Below are positions 8,623 through 18,993 of a stretch of 31,450 nt of DNA, one piece after another. This DNA is from an uncultured Holophagaceae bacterium (GTDB lineage: Bacteria; Acidobacteriota; Holophagae; Holophagales; Holophagaceae), in contig CAWULW010000001.1 in the NCBI GenBank assembly GCA_963923615.1, forward strand, positions 1 through 31,450, given 5' to 3'. The notes under the pieces were generated by a model, which did no database searches, had not been told where the DNA came from, and was given only the letters and a program-made list of their open reading frames with translations. Position 1 is the stretch's first letter; the number at the start of each line of letters is the position of its first letter. The position numbers were made by a program, and so were the translations under genes.

Positions 8623-9279
8623 ATGGCCTACACTACTAACGATGTGAAAGAACTACGGGAAAAAACTGGCCTTGGAATGATGGACTGCAAAAAAGCCCTA
8701 GAAGAGAACAATGGCAATATGGAACAAGCCATCGATTGGCTTCGTAAAAAGGGACTTGCAGCCGCATCAAAAAAATCAGATCGTATTGCGTCTGAAGGAT
8801 TAGTGGAAGCCTATATTCATCCTGGTGGACGCGTAGGAGTTTTGGTTGAGGTCAATTCAGAAACAGACTTTGTGGCCCGCAACGAGTCGTTTCAAAGACT
8901 TGTGAAGGAGATTGCTATGCATATTGCAGCCGCAGATCCTGCGCCTCTTTTTGTTTCCAAAAGCGAAGTGACTCAGGAATTTATCAATAAAGAAATCGAG
9001 ATTGCTCGAGCTCAAGCTGAAGCAACGGGAAAACCTGCTGCCATTGTAAATAAGATTGTTGAAGGTAAGTTAAATTCCATCTACAAAGAAGTGTGCTTAT
9101 TAGAACAACCATTTATCATGAACCCAGATCTTACAATCGAACAGTTTGTTTCTCAGAAAACTGCTGAAATCGGTGAAAAATTAAGTATCCGCCGTTTCAC
9201 TAAGTTTGTTTTAGGCGAGGGTCTTCAAAGACGAAATGAGAATTTTGCAGAGGAAGTGAATGCACAAATGGCTAAGTAA
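8623..9279 (+). CDS. tsf: elongation factor Ts (short form)
   Basis: VKELREKTGLGMMDCKKAL..EVNSETDFVARN..RRFTKFVLGEG. Confidence 0.98.
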   Translation: MAYTTNDVKELREKTGLGMMDCKKALEENNGNMEQAIDWLRKKGLAAASKKSDRIASEGLVEAYIHPGGRVGVLVEVNSETDFVARNESFQRLVKEIAMHIAAADPAPLFVSKSEVTQEFINKEIEIARAQAEATGKPAAIVNKIVEGKLNSIYKEVCLLEQPFIMNPDLTIEQFVSQKTAEIGEKLSIRRFTKFVLGEGLQRRNENFAEEVNAQMAK

Positions 9280-9297
9280 GGCTAATGTATGATAATT

Positions 9298-9330
9298 AAA
9301 AATAGACGACGTTAAGTCGTCTATTTTTTT
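9298..9330. terminator. intrinsic terminator (bidirectional architecture) between tsf and pyrH
   Basis: Perfect inverted repeat AAAAATAGACGAC-GTTAA-GTCGTCTATTTTT, with an A run before and a T run after. Confidence 0.85.
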
Positions 9331-9358
9331 ATTAATTCATCTACACTAAAGGAGACTT

Positions 9359-10063
9359 ATGAGATACCAACGCGTACTTCTGAAACTCTCGGGCGAAGCA
9401 TTAATGGGTGATCAGAAGATGGGAATTGACCCTAGTGTAGTGGCCATGGTGGCTGACCAAATAAAAGATATACAGAAGCATGGTGTAGAAGTAGGACTTG
9501 TCATAGGTGGAGGGAATATCTTTCGAGGTGTTGCAGGTGCAACCAAAGGTATTGATCGGGTAACTGCGGATCAAATGGGCATGCTCGCTACGATGATTAA
9601 TGCATTAGCCCTTCAAGATGCTTTAGAACAGAAACAAGTTCAGACGCGCGTGCTCTCGGGTATTGATATGCCACGAATTGCAGAAAGTTATATTCGACGT
9701 AGAGCCATTCGGCACCTAGAAAAAGGTCGAGTCGTTATTTTTGGAAGCGGCACAGGAAATCCCTACTTCAGTACGGATATGGCGGCGGCCCTCAGAGCCA
9801 ATGAAATATCGGCCCAAGTAGTGCTCAAGGCTACTAATGTCGATGGTGTTTATAGCGCAGATCCTAAAAAAGACTCAAGGGCTCAACGCTTCGATAAGAT
9901 TACGTTTCAGGAGGTTTTGGAAAAGGGGTTGAAGGTAATGGATGCCTCAGCTATTGCGCTCTGTATGGACAACGAGTTACCCATATTAGTATTTAATATG
10001 ATGAAACCCGGGAATTTGGTTTCTGCGGTCTTAGGCGATCCAGTTGGAACATTAATTCACTAA
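9359..10063 (+). CDS. pyrH: uridylate kinase
   Basis: [48 protein letters not shown]. Confidence 0.98.
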   Translation: MRYQRVLLKLSGEALMGDQKMGIDPSVVAMVADQIKDIQKHGVEVGLVIGGGNIFRGVAGATKGIDRVTADQMGMLATMINALALQDALEQKQVQTRVLSGIDMPRIAESYIRRRAIRHLEKGRVVIFGSGTGNPYFSTDMAAALRANEISAQVVLKATNVDGVYSADPKKDSRAQRFDKITFQEVLEKGLKVMDASAIALCMDNELPILVFNMMKPGNLVSAVLGDPVGTLIH

Positions 10064-10069
10064 TCTCTG

Positions 10070-11410
10070 ATGTCATCACTTTTTGATCTTATTCCTGATT
10101 CCACAGTGATTGTGGATCCATCAGATTTAGGAGCTTATCGACGAGACGAATCTCATATGCTCGGTTTATTACCTTGGGCATGTATTCGTCCTCGCACTCC
10201 TAAGGCGCTCAGAGCTCTTGTTAAATTCGCGCAACAGGACGGTTGGGCACTTATACCCCGAGGGTCAGGAACCGGTAAAGCGGGGGGGTGTCTGGTTAAT
10301 CAAGAACGATCTATCTTGGTGGATTTTGCAGACTGGCCCGCAGAGTTATCCATTGATCCTATCGGCATGCAATTGACGGCAACGTGCTCCGTACCTCTAA
10401 GGAAAGTAAAGGAGGATGCGGAATCTCATAATCTCTTTTACCCCCCAGATCCGAATAGCTGGATGCACTGCTCTTTTGGAGGAAGTTTAGCTACGAATGC
10501 TGGAGGACCGAATGCTTGCAAATACGGCATGACACGAAACTGGATCGTTAGCGTGGACTGCTTAATGAGTGACGGGGATATTCATACTTTCGGCATTCAA
10601 GGCACTAAAGATAATACCGGGCTCAACTTGACCCAACTGCTTCTGGGAAGCGAAGGAACCTTGGGTTTTATTACTGGTGCGACTGCACGACTTCTACCAA
10701 AACCCAAAGAATTTTTAACTCTTCTTGTGTCTTACGACACCATGAGGGATCTGATTCGACTACCCGGCCATCTATCCTTTAATGGATATAAGCCTTCAGC
10801 CATTGAATTCTTTGATCCATTAGTTCTGCAGGAACTGAGGAGGGAGGGTCCTCCCGAAGCACGTAAAATCCAAGGACATGCTTGTGCTATCGTCGAATTT
10901 GATCACGAAGGTTGCCGATCCGATTCTTTTCTTCTCGCCTGTGAATCTTTATTCCATACGGCTTCACACTTTCAGATCGCCTCTAGTCATCGACAAAGGG
11001 AAGAAATTTGGGCATTGAGACGTTTAACCTCATCTTTTTTAAAAGAAAAATATCCTCATAAAATTAGCGAAGACATTTCAATACCCCTCTCCCAACTTGA
11101 TTCTTTTTTTCATCAATTAGATACATTAAAGATAGACTGTGTCACTTATGGTCACTTAGGTGACGGAAATTTACATGTGAACTTTCTCAATCGAGAACAC
11201 AAACCCATCGAGACTTTTGAAGACGATATTCTGAATCTTTTCAAGCTCACCAAAGAACATGGTGGTTCGCTTTCCGGCGAACATGGTATTGGATTGGCAA
11301 AAAAGAAAGCGTTCTTAGAACTTACCGATCCCTACATATTAAGGTCTATGGCAAATATCAAACAATCTCTTGACCCTTTTAATATTTTCAATCCATCTAA
11401 GGTGTTCTGA
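10070..11410 (+). CDS. FAD-linked oxidase (GlcD / D-lactate dehydrogenase-like)
   Basis: PRGSGTGKAGG, YPPDPNS..GGSLATNAGG..KYG, GSEGTLG, HLGDGNLH, SGEHGIG, NIFNP. Confidence 0.88.
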   Translation: MSSLFDLIPDSTVIVDPSDLGAYRRDESHMLGLLPWACIRPRTPKALRALVKFAQQDGWALIPRGSGTGKAGGCLVNQERSILVDFADWPAELSIDPIGMQLTATCSVPLRKVKEDAESHNLFYPPDPNSWMHCSFGGSLATNAGGPNACKYGMTRNWIVSVDCLMSDGDIHTFGIQGTKDNTGLNLTQLLLGSEGTLGFITGATARLLPKPKEFLTLLVSYDTMRDLIRLPGHLSFNGYKPSAIEFFDPLVLQELRREGPPEARKIQGHACAIVEFDHEGCRSDSFLLACESLFHTASHFQIASSHRQREEIWALRRLTSSFLKEKYPHKISEDISIPLSQLDSFFHQLDTLKIDCVTYGHLGDGNLHVNFLNREHKPIETFEDDILNLFKLTKEHGGSLSGEHGIGLAKKKAFLELTDPYILRSMANIKQSLDPFNIFNPSKVF

Positions 11411-11514
11411 GGAACTTCATCACCCGGTATGCCGACAATTGTGGCACTCCATATTTGAATCAGAACCCATAGAATAGTGAGAGAAAGATACAGCTCTAGA
11501 CTTTAAAGGGTGTC

Positions 11515-12891
11515 TCAGTGCGAATACGTCACGATCTGACAAGTTGGATTAGGACATTTTTTATGTTCGATGTGATACACGAATTCTTCTCTAAATTTAG
11601 CCAGAATGGAATCCATAGGACCACAGGCAGCATCTCCTAGTGCGCAGAGTGTCTTACCAGCAATACGAGGAGTCATGCTAGCGAGAAGGTCCAAATCTTC
11701 GGTCTGTCCCTGTCCATTTTCTATGCGAGTCAGTATCTTTTCCATCCAGTTACATCCTTCTCTACAGGGAGTACATTGGCCACAACTTTCATGGGCATAG
11801 AACCGAATCAACCTAAGGCATACCTGAACCATGCAGGTATCCTCATCGATCACAATGATCCCCCCTGATCCCGCCATAGATCCTCGATCGCGAACCGTAT
11901 CAAAATCAAGAGGACAATCGAAATCTTTTTCGGTGAAAACGGAAGAACTTGCGCCCCCGGGGATAATAGCTTTAATCTTTTTTCCATTGGGAGTACCGCC
12001 TGCAAGATCTTGTACTAACTTATTGAGCGGAGTACCTAACGGAAGTTCGTAGAGACCGGGTCGCTTAACATGACCACTCACACAGAAGATTCGAGTTCCG
12101 GTATTTTTTGGAGTTCCAATCTTGGCATACTCAGCTCCACTCATGCGAAGAATGGGGGCTGCTGCTGCTAGTGTTTCAACATTATTGATGGTGGTCGGTT
12201 GCCCAAAGGCTCCTTTGGATGCAGGAAAGGGGGGTTTAATTCTCGGTTCTCCTCGTCGACCCTCGAGAGAATTCAGGAGGGCTGTTTCTTCACCACAAAT
12301 ATAAGCCCCAGCTCCTCGATACACCAAGAGATCAAAATCAAACCCGGAACCCATAATGTTTTTCCCGAGTAGATTAGCATTTTTTGCTTCTTCAATGGCC
12401 GCTTCGAGCTTCTCAATAAGCCAAAGGAATTCTCCACGAACATAAATAAATCCCATCTGGCACTGCATAGCATATCCAGCAATCACCATACCCTCAATAA
12501 GTTGATGGGGGTTATATTCCATAATCGATCGATCTTTAAACGTTCCGGGCTCTCCCTCATCGGCATTACATACTAAATAGCGTGTGTACTTTTTTTCAGG
12601 AGTATCTTTAGGCATGAAAGACCATTTTAGGCCTGCGGGAAAACCTGCCCCACCTCGGCCCCTAATGCCAGATGCTTTCATTTCATCAATGACTTGGGAG
12701 GGCTCCAGGCTTAGTGCGCGCTTGAGACCTCTATAACCTTCGTGTTCTTTTTGATAAATATTCAATCTCCAATTATCAAGATTGCCTGCACCCCGAAGCA
12801 TAAGATTGGGAAATGCAGGTGTTCCAAAGCCATCGAAGGAATATCGTTGGGGATCTTTTTTTTGCCGAAATGAGGTTGTCACTTTGCCCAT
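11515..12891 (-). CDS. nuoF: NADH-quinone oxidoreductase subunit F
   Basis: SGIRGRGGAGFPAGLKW, NADEGEPGTFKDR, GAGAYICGEETALL, ESCGQCTPCREG. Start uncertain (12891 chosen; 12915 or 12801 possible). Confidence 0.96.
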   Translation of the reverse strand: MGKVTTSFRQKKDPQRYSFDGFGTPAFPNLMLRGAGNLDNWRLNIYQKEHEGYRGLKRALSLEPSQVIDEMKASGIRGRGGAGFPAGLKWSFMPKDTPEKKYTRYLVCNADEGEPGTFKDRSIMEYNPHQLIEGMVIAGYAMQCQMGFIYVRGEFLWLIEKLEAAIEEAKNANLLGKNIMGSGFDFDLLVYRGAGAYICGEETALLNSLEGRRGEPRIKPPFPASKGAFGQPTTINNVETLAAAAPILRMSGAEYAKIGTPKNTGTRIFCVSGHVKRPGLYELPLGTPLNKLVQDLAGGTPNGKKIKAIIPGGASSSVFTEKDFDCPLDFDTVRDRGSMAGSGGIIVIDEDTCMVQVCLRLIRFYAHESCGQCTPCREGCNWMEKILTRIENGQGQTEDLDLLASMTPRIAGKTLCALGDAACGPMDSILAKFREEFVYHIEHKKCPNPTCQIVTYSH

Positions 12892-13445
12892 CCTCGATAT
12901 TGACCTGATCGGCAAGCATCAAGAATACGATCCAGTTCAGCTTCACTTACAAATTCGTCATAGACATCGTGGTTCACCTGGATACAAGGACCGGATCCAC
13001 AAGATGCTAGACACTCTACTTCTTCCACACTCCACATACCATCAGAGCTCACTTCTCCACAATGGGAAACACCTGTTTTCTTTTTGACAAGATCTAAGAG
13101 CCCAACAGCTCCATTGAGTGCACAGGAAATATTAGTACAAACCTGGATATGAAAAGATCCCACAGGGTGCTTTTGATACATGGAATAAAAACTTGCCACG
13201 CCATAGACATGGCCCTCAGGAATATCCAAGGCGTTAGCCACAGCCTTCATTGCCTCAAGGCTCACGAAGCCAAACTCTTTTTGGGCAATGTGTAAAGCTG
13301 GTAACGTTGCGGCTAATCGGTCGGGAAATTTATTAGCAAGATGCCGAATCTCTTGAATCGCCTCAGAACTTAGACTCAATACCGGGCTCACCGGTAATCG
13401 CTCACCGGGGGCTAAGGGTAGAGGGGAATTGGAAGGGGCGCTCAT
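12879..13445 (-). CDS. nuoE: NADH-quinone oxidoreductase subunit E
   Basis: GVASFYSMY, QVCTNISC and ECLASC [2Fe-2S] ligands. Confidence 0.95.
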   Translation of the reverse strand: MSAPSNSPLPLAPGERLPVSPVLSLSSEAIQEIRHLANKFPDRLAATLPALHIAQKEFGFVSLEAMKAVANALDIPEGHVYGVASFYSMYQKHPVGSFHIQVCTNISCALNGAVGLLDLVKKKTGVSHCGEVSSDGMWSVEEVECLASCGSGPCIQVNHDVYDEFVSEAELDRILDACRSGQYRGWAK

Positions 13446-13462
13446 GATTTTTATCTATCTAT

Positions 13463-13491
13463 AGTCTAACGACTTAATGCCCCAAGGTTAA
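13463..13491 (-). promoter_or_regulatory. candidate internal promoter upstream of nuoEF
   Basis: Minus strand TTAACC, 17-nt spacer, TAGACT, within the 109-bp nuoD-nuoE gap. Confidence 0.35.
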
Positions 13492-13554
13492 CCACAAGAC
13501 GTATGTCAAAGTTTTTCATGGAGGGATCAGGGGTTATTGACAGGAGCAATTGAT

Positions 13555-14754
13555 TTAACGATCGAGTTCCCCAGCAATAATATTCATAGCGCCTAACTCT
13601 GCAACTGCATCAGCGATCAGACGTCCGCGTACTTTGGTTGCAAAACTAGAAAATATAGGAAGACAAGGTGGCCGCACCCTAATACGGTAGGGGTTTTTTC
13701 CTCCATCTGAAACAAGATAAAACCCCAATTCTCCATTGGCGGCTTCTGTTGATGAGTACACCTCGCCGATGGGCATTTCCATTCCATGCATAATTAATTT
13801 GAAATGATGGATCAGGCTTTCCATGCGGGTATAAACTTTTTCTTTAGGCGGCAAGGCGATTTTATAATCGTCAATCATAATAGGGCCTGTATCGAGAGAC
13901 TTAATCACTTGGCGAATAATTCGAAGTGATTGCCGCATTTCTTCAACCCGAACTAAATATCGGTCAAAAACATCACCAGTCGTTCCTACGGGAATATCAA
14001 AATCATATTGCTCATATCCCATATAGGGCTGTTTAACTCGAAGGTCTTGTGCAAGGCCACAAGCACGAAGACACGGTCCGGAGTAGCCCCAATTAATGGC
14101 TTCCTGAACAGAGAGTGCTCCAACGCCCTTGGTTCGGTCATGCCAAATCGGATTTTTAGTTAGGAGTTTTTCGAGTTCATCAATAGCTTTGGGAGCCTCT
14201 TTTAGAAACTGTTCACAGAGAGGAATAAATTCAGGAGGTAAATCCCTAAAGAGCCCCCCAACACGAGTAAAGCTAGTATGCAACCTTTGACCAGCAGCCA
14301 TCTCGAAAAGATCATAGACGGTTTCCCTTTGTCGAAACAGGTAAAGAAAAGCCGTGAAAGCCCCGATATCAACGGCATTAATTCCTAAACAGATTATGTG
14401 ATCAGCGATTCGAGCAAGCTCGCTGACTAATACTCTGATCTGTTCAGCACGCCGTGGAATCGAGATCCCAAGCATTTTTTCCACAGTCATGGTGTAGCCG
14501 ACATTATTCATCATGCTACTGGTGTAATTAAGTCGATCCGTCAAAGGGATAAATTGCTGGTAGCTAAGGTTTTCTCCTAGCTTCTCTACACCTCGGTGAA
14601 GATATCCAATTTCGGGGGTTGCTTGAGTAATAATTTCGCCTTCGAGCTCTAAGACAATTCTTAAGGTGCCATGGGTCACTGGGTGCGATGGACCCATGTT
14701 GACGATCATGCGATCTCCATCAAGTTGTGTCTTCGTAATAGCTATGGAATCCAT
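13555..14754 (-). CDS. nuoD: NADH-quinone oxidoreductase subunit D
   Basis: NMGPSHPVTHGTLR, IGYLHRGVEK, DRLNY, GDVFDRY, YRIRVRPP, IAGELDR. Confidence 0.97.
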   Translation of the reverse strand: MDSIAITKTQLDGDRMIVNMGPSHPVTHGTLRIVLELEGEIITQATPEIGYLHRGVEKLGENLSYQQFIPLTDRLNYTSSMMNNVGYTMTVEKMLGISIPRRAEQIRVLVSELARIADHIICLGINAVDIGAFTAFLYLFRQRETVYDLFEMAAGQRLHTSFTRVGGLFRDLPPEFIPLCEQFLKEAPKAIDELEKLLTKNPIWHDRTKGVGALSVQEAINWGYSGPCLRACGLAQDLRVKQPYMGYEQYDFDIPVGTTGDVFDRYLVRVEEMRQSLRIIRQVIKSLDTGPIMIDDYKIALPPKEKVYTRMESLIHHFKLIMHGMEMPIGEVYSSTEAANGELGFYLVSDGGKNPYRIRVRPPCLPIFSSFATKVRGRLIADAVAELGAMNIIAGELDR

Positions 14755-14766
14755 TCAGTTTGGGTC

Positions 14767-15258
14767 CTAATGAGTAAAAGGAGTGGTGCTATCAGACATA
14801 CAAAAAGGATCGCCACCGTCTAAGGGGAAATCTTTGCGAAGAGGATGTCCGGGAAAGTCACTCCAAGTGAGTAGTCGGGTCAAATTAGGATGGCCTTCAA
14901 AGGAAATTCCAAACATATCGTAAACTTCCCGTTCGTACCAATCCGCAGTTTTAAATCGAATAGCTAGACTCGGTAGAGATTCTCCGTCTTGAAGCCGAAC
15001 TTTTACACGGAGCCGCTCTTGTGAATCTAAATTTAACCAGTGGTAGACCACCTCAAATCGCGCCGGGTTTTCGGATTTATCTAGCCAGTCCACAGCGGTA
15101 ATATCCACAAGAAAATGAAATCCTTCTGACATCAATAAATCTACTAAGGTCATCAAAGAACTAGGGGCAATAATAGCTGTCTGATCACCTCGGAAGCGAT
15201 ACGTGTCCAAGATAGGGAGGATCGTCTTTTTTTCGAGTAGTGAATCTAGAATAGACAC
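14767..15258 (-). CDS. nuoC: NADH-quinone oxidoreductase subunit C
   Basis: DITAVDW..RFEVVYH..YEREVYDMFGISFEGHPNLTRLL..GHPLRKDFP; GTG start. Confidence 0.96.
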   Translation of the reverse strand: MSILDSLLEKKTILPILDTYRFRGDQTAIIAPSSLMTLVDLLMSEGFHFLVDITAVDWLDKSENPARFEVVYHWLNLDSQERLRVKVRLQDGESLPSLAIRFKTADWYEREVYDMFGISFEGHPNLTRLLTWSDFPGHPLRKDFPLDGGDPFCMSDSTTPFTH

Positions 15259-15269
15259 GACATCATCTC

Positions 15270-15878
15270 TTAAAAAATGGTGGCTACTTTATCATGGGCT
15301 GCTTGGCGTAACATATGCTGGATTGCCTGCTGACCTGTTAAGTTTTTCTCACTCTGAATTTTTTCTTGAAGATCGAGGCTTTCATAAAAACGACGAACAT
15401 GATCTTTTCTCATGCCTAAGGATTCTTTTTCAATTTTTTCTTGCAGTTTCATAACACCATAAATCATGCTCTCCGGACGCGGAGGGCATCCAGGGACATA
15501 CACGTCCACCGGAATAATGCGATCGATTCCTTGTAGAGTCGCATAGGTACGATACATACCTCCTGAACTTGCGCAAACTCCAACGCTAATGACCCATTTG
15601 GGCTCCGCCATTTGGGCGTAGATTGTACGGAGAATAGGAGCCATTTTGTTAGTCACTGTTCCTAAGACCAACATCATGTCACTTTGACGAGGACTGAATC
15701 GCATCGCCTCGGCTCCAAATCGACTCATATCATACTTGCTCGCCATCACACTCATGAATTCAATAGCGCAACAAGCCGTTCCGAATGGCATGGGCCATAA
15801 ACTATTTTTCCTAGCCCAGTTAACAATAGAGTCGAGGCGCGTGGTTACTACTGCATCATTTAGATTCAAATCTGGCAT
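15270..15878 (-). CDS. nuoB: NADH-quinone oxidoreductase subunit B
   Basis: [47 protein letters not shown]; ATG 15878 is 1 nt after the nuoA stop. Confidence 0.97.
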   Translation of the reverse strand: MPDLNLNDAVVTTRLDSIVNWARKNSLWPMPFGTACCAIEFMSVMASKYDMSRFGAEAMRFSPRQSDMMLVLGTVTNKMAPILRTIYAQMAEPKWVISVGVCASSGGMYRTYATLQGIDRIIPVDVYVPGCPPRPESMIYGVMKLQEKIEKESLGMRKDHVRRFYESLDLQEKIQSEKNLTGQQAIQHMLRQAAHDKVATIF

Positions 15879-15879
15879 C

Positions 15880-16257
15880 TTATTTTTCCCAATCAAGGGC
15901 ACCTTTGCCCAAAGCATAAACATAGCCTAAGAGGAGTGTGAACAGAAAAAGGACCATAAGACTAAAGGTTTCGGGTGCCTGTTTAAAATTGGCTGCCCAA
16001 GGAAACAAAAAAGCTGTCTCAACATCAAACAAAATAAAGAGCATGGCGACTAAATAAAATTGGACGCTATAGCGATGACGAGCACCTTGCTGTCGAGGAG
16101 GTACGCCACACTCATAGGGTTCCAATTTGGATCGCTGTGGATTATTAGGTTTGAATTTTGGAAGAATAACACCGGATAAAACTAGAACGGCCGTGGCGAT
16201 CACGATGGCAGCAAGGGCTAGAATTAAGAGGGGGACAAAGGGTGCTGCTGCATTCAT
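15880..16257 (-). CDS. nuoA: NADH-quinone oxidoreductase subunit A
   Basis: [35 protein letters not shown]; ATG 16257 with AAGGA upstream preferred over TTG 16284. Confidence 0.96.
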   Translation of the reverse strand: MNAAAPFVPLLILALAAIVIATAVLVLSGVILPKFKPNNPQRSKLEPYECGVPPRQQGARHRYSVQFYLVAMLFILFDVETAFLFPWAANFKQAPETFSLMVLFLFTLLLGYVYALGKGALDWEK

Positions 16258-16486
16258 GAGTGAAGGTATCCTTGGTGGGTACAAGTCTCATTCTATCGTC
16301 TTTAGGGTACTTATATGCAGCAACCCATGAAAAATCATCAGGGGTCTAGTTTATTAGAAGCGAGAGAGATCTATCTTTGTTCCGAAGAGTAACACTGATC
16401 GATAAGATGAATGGTTTTTATACGAGAGAGATTAACTCATTCAAGCCCGATATTGTGGACTTAGCTGGCTATGATAAAGTGGCGAA

Positions 16487-18976
16487 GTGATTAAAAAGAG
16501 ATTCTTCATCCGCTTTAGAACTATCGTTAGTTACTTATTGGTTCTCATGGGGTACCTACAGGGTCAAGATTTACAGATCCGTGGCCGGCTCTTCTCTTCG
16601 AATTCACGACTCCCTCCCGGGTCCTCTGTTCAACTCATTGATACCCGCGAGAGAATTCGTTCAGTTACGCCTAGCGAGAAGGGGGAGTATCAATTTGAAA
16701 ATCTTTACCCGGGCGCCTACATAATTCGGGTAATGAAGATCAGTCAGCCATTGTGGTCTCAATCGCTAGATCTTCAAAAGAATTTAATCCATTTCGATAT
16801 TGATATTGATGCTGTTCCCACTGCTCAAATTGAAGTCAAAAGTTCTCTGTATATCCCATCCTTTGTGTCATTAGGAAAATTTCAGGGACTCATGGTGGAT
16901 CTACCACAATCTATAGGAGTGGTTACCTCTGGGGTAATTCAGGAAACAGCTGCGGTCGGATTGGAACAAGCGCTAGTTAACATAAGCGGGATTGTACCCA
17001 GTTCATCTTCCAATTATGGTTTTTTTGATAACCAATTAATTCGTGGACTTGGTGCAGCGTACACAAGAGAAGGGCTGAATGATGGACCAACATTTATGGG
17101 TTATCGAAGATCCTTAGCAGACGTGGAGCAAATTGAAGTTTTAAAGGGTCCGGGAAGCGCACTTTTTGGAAGTGCGGGACCCGGGGGAACGATCAATCTC
17201 ACAATGAAGAAGCCCAAAAGGGACTCTTCCGTTATTGGACAGTTCTCGATCGGTAGTTTTAATTCACAGAGGCTTACGATAGATGCGACCGGCCCATTGA
17301 CGAATAATTGGGCTTACCGAATCATTGGCCATCTCACTCAATCAGACGGGTTTAGAAAACTATCTTCTGACACTCGCGAGTGGACTGTTTCCGCGCTTTG
17401 GCAGCCCACAGATGCAAAGTCCTTATTGTTGACCATGGAAAACCGAGATTTGTCCCTGATACCGGATGCGGCTGGAATTCCATTCCATGTCAGTTCCTAC
17501 CGCAACACTTCGGGTGCTTATCCTTTTCACGATCCGACTCTTTTGCGTCTTAACCCTGATCTCTCTTTGGTATCTCCGATGGCCTCTAGCCAAAACGATG
17601 TCGTCCGATTCTCTTTAAATTACATCCATTTGTTGACACCGCGACTTAAATGGGAGACCCGTCTTGCCTATGGGACGCGGTCGTTACATTTTGATCGCAA
17701 TTTCAGTATTCCTGATTTTAATAGTCCGTCAGGATCTCAAAGTCTAGCTAACCGATATCTCCGACAGCAAAATGATCACTTTATTGATAAGAGTTTTCAG
17801 ACTTTCTTTACTTGGAGAGGTCGCTGGGGAGAAAGCGAGCATGAAATTCAATTTGGATCAGATATGTTTTTCTCGGATGGAACAACGTGGCGACGGCAGG
17901 CGAAATTTGCATCCATTCCAGACGCCTATCATCCAAGCTTTCCGGAGGCCCAAGCAGATCTAACATCCGCTTGGGCGTGGATCTTTGATCGAGAAATTAT
18001 GGTCCGACAATCTAGCCTGTACCTTACAGATCAATGGATGATCAATGAATATCTCAAGTTGAGAACGGCTTTTCGGCAAGACCGCTTTCGAATGATAGAT
18101 GAGGGTTCATACAATAATTTGGGTAATAACTCTTTTACTAACACTCTAAACGGTTTGGGGCAGTTTTATATTCCGATCAATGGACTCAATAGTTTGAGTA
18201 CTGCTTTGTCAAAAGAGGATCCACTCCGAACCAATTCAAGCTTTAATAATGGACAGATTGGAATCCTGTTTACCCCCCTCGCTAATTCAAGCTTTTTTAT
18301 AGGATCTGCTTGGGGCAGGCTAGCTAATTTAACTACGGAGGATCCGCGAACAGCGGCTCAACCTGAAAGTAATCGGCAGATCGAGCTTGGAAATCGAACT
18401 CAATGGCTTGAGCAACGGATCAGTCTTACCCTGTCCTTTTACAGAACGATTAGATTTAATGTCCCCAACATAGGATTAGTTTCAGGAAGCCCTGTGATTA
18501 CCTTGATCCCAGAGCAGCGTGTGGAAGGGTTGGACATTGACCTAAGCGCTCGACCATCTACAAACTGGTTTATATTACTTGCCTGGTCTTGGATGAATCC
18601 AACTTATTCCGAGCCCTCGCCTTCTGATGCGTGGCTAAAAGGACAGTCTTTAGCTGGAGCACCCAAGCGAACTGGGCGGCTCTGGTCAAGTTACGAGATT
18701 AAAGAAGGTGCCTTACGCGGTTGGGGCTTAGGTCTAGGTATGCGCCAGCGAGATAGCATAAAAATAGTTTTTCGAGGTGGTCCTTCAAACAGTTTAGGAA
18801 TTATCCCTGGTTATGAAATATGGGACGCAGGTATTTTTTACCGAACCAGTAAATGGGATATTCAATTAAATCTTAAAAATTTATCCGATCAAACTTATTG
18901 GTCTTATGGCATCATCAATGCAGCAGTCCCAGGAGAAGGACGCAATCTCAATTTCGACTTACGTTACCGATTCTAA
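16487..18976 (+). CDS. TonB-dependent receptor (siderophore-receptor-like) with N-terminal carboxypeptidase-regulatory-like domain
   Basis: Signal peptide; GEYQFENLYPGAYIIRV domain; plug motif IEVLKGPGSALFGSAGPGGTINL; C-terminal NLKNLSDQTYW..GRNLNFDLRYRF with terminal Phe. Confidence 0.92.
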   Translation: MIKKRFFIRFRTIVSYLLVLMGYLQGQDLQIRGRLFSSNSRLPPGSSVQLIDTRERIRSVTPSEKGEYQFENLYPGAYIIRVMKISQPLWSQSLDLQKNLIHFDIDIDAVPTAQIEVKSSLYIPSFVSLGKFQGLMVDLPQSIGVVTSGVIQETAAVGLEQALVNISGIVPSSSSNYGFFDNQLIRGLGAAYTREGLNDGPTFMGYRRSLADVEQIEVLKGPGSALFGSAGPGGTINLTMKKPKRDSSVIGQFSIGSFNSQRLTIDATGPLTNNWAYRIIGHLTQSDGFRKLSSDTREWTVSALWQPTDAKSLLLTMENRDLSLIPDAAGIPFHVSSYRNTSGAYPFHDPTLLRLNPDLSLVSPMASSQNDVVRFSLNYIHLLTPRLKWETRLAYGTRSLHFDRNFSIPDFNSPSGSQSLANRYLRQQNDHFIDKSFQTFFTWRGRWGESEHEIQFGSDMFFSDGTTWRRQAKFASIPDAYHPSFPEAQADLTSAWAWIFDREIMVRQSSLYLTDQWMINEYLKLRTAFRQDRFRMIDEGSYNNLGNNSFTNTLNGLGQFYIPINGLNSLSTALSKEDPLRTNSSFNNGQIGILFTPLANSSFFIGSAWGRLANLTTEDPRTAAQPESNRQIELGNRTQWLEQRISLTLSFYRTIRFNVPNIGLVSGSPVITLIPEQRVEGLDIDLSARPSTNWFILLAWSWMNPTYSEPSPSDAWLKGQSLAGAPKRTGRLWSSYEIKEGALRGWGLGLGMRQRDSIKIVFRGGPSNSLGIIPGYEIWDAGIFYRTSKWDIQLNLKNLSDQTYWSYGIINAAVPGEGRNLNFDLRYRF

Positions 18977-18993
18977 GCACTCAAAGAAGACTC

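Noticed and set aside
13464-13520. 17-codon minus-strand ORF (MKNFDIRLVVNLGALSR) in the nuoD-nuoE gap
   Set aside because: No SD and no similarity to anything recognised; more likely promoter DNA.
16361-16400. Glycine-riboswitch-like words (GAGAGA..CCGAAG) upstream of the TonB receptor
   Set aside because: The CUCUCAGG/CUUUCAGG strand and the pairing stems are missing; no cobalamin or TPP riboswitch cores were found either.
16401-16419. Possible Fur box GATAAGATGAATGGTTTTT
   Set aside because: Only about 11 of 19 positions match the consensus, with poor dyad symmetry.
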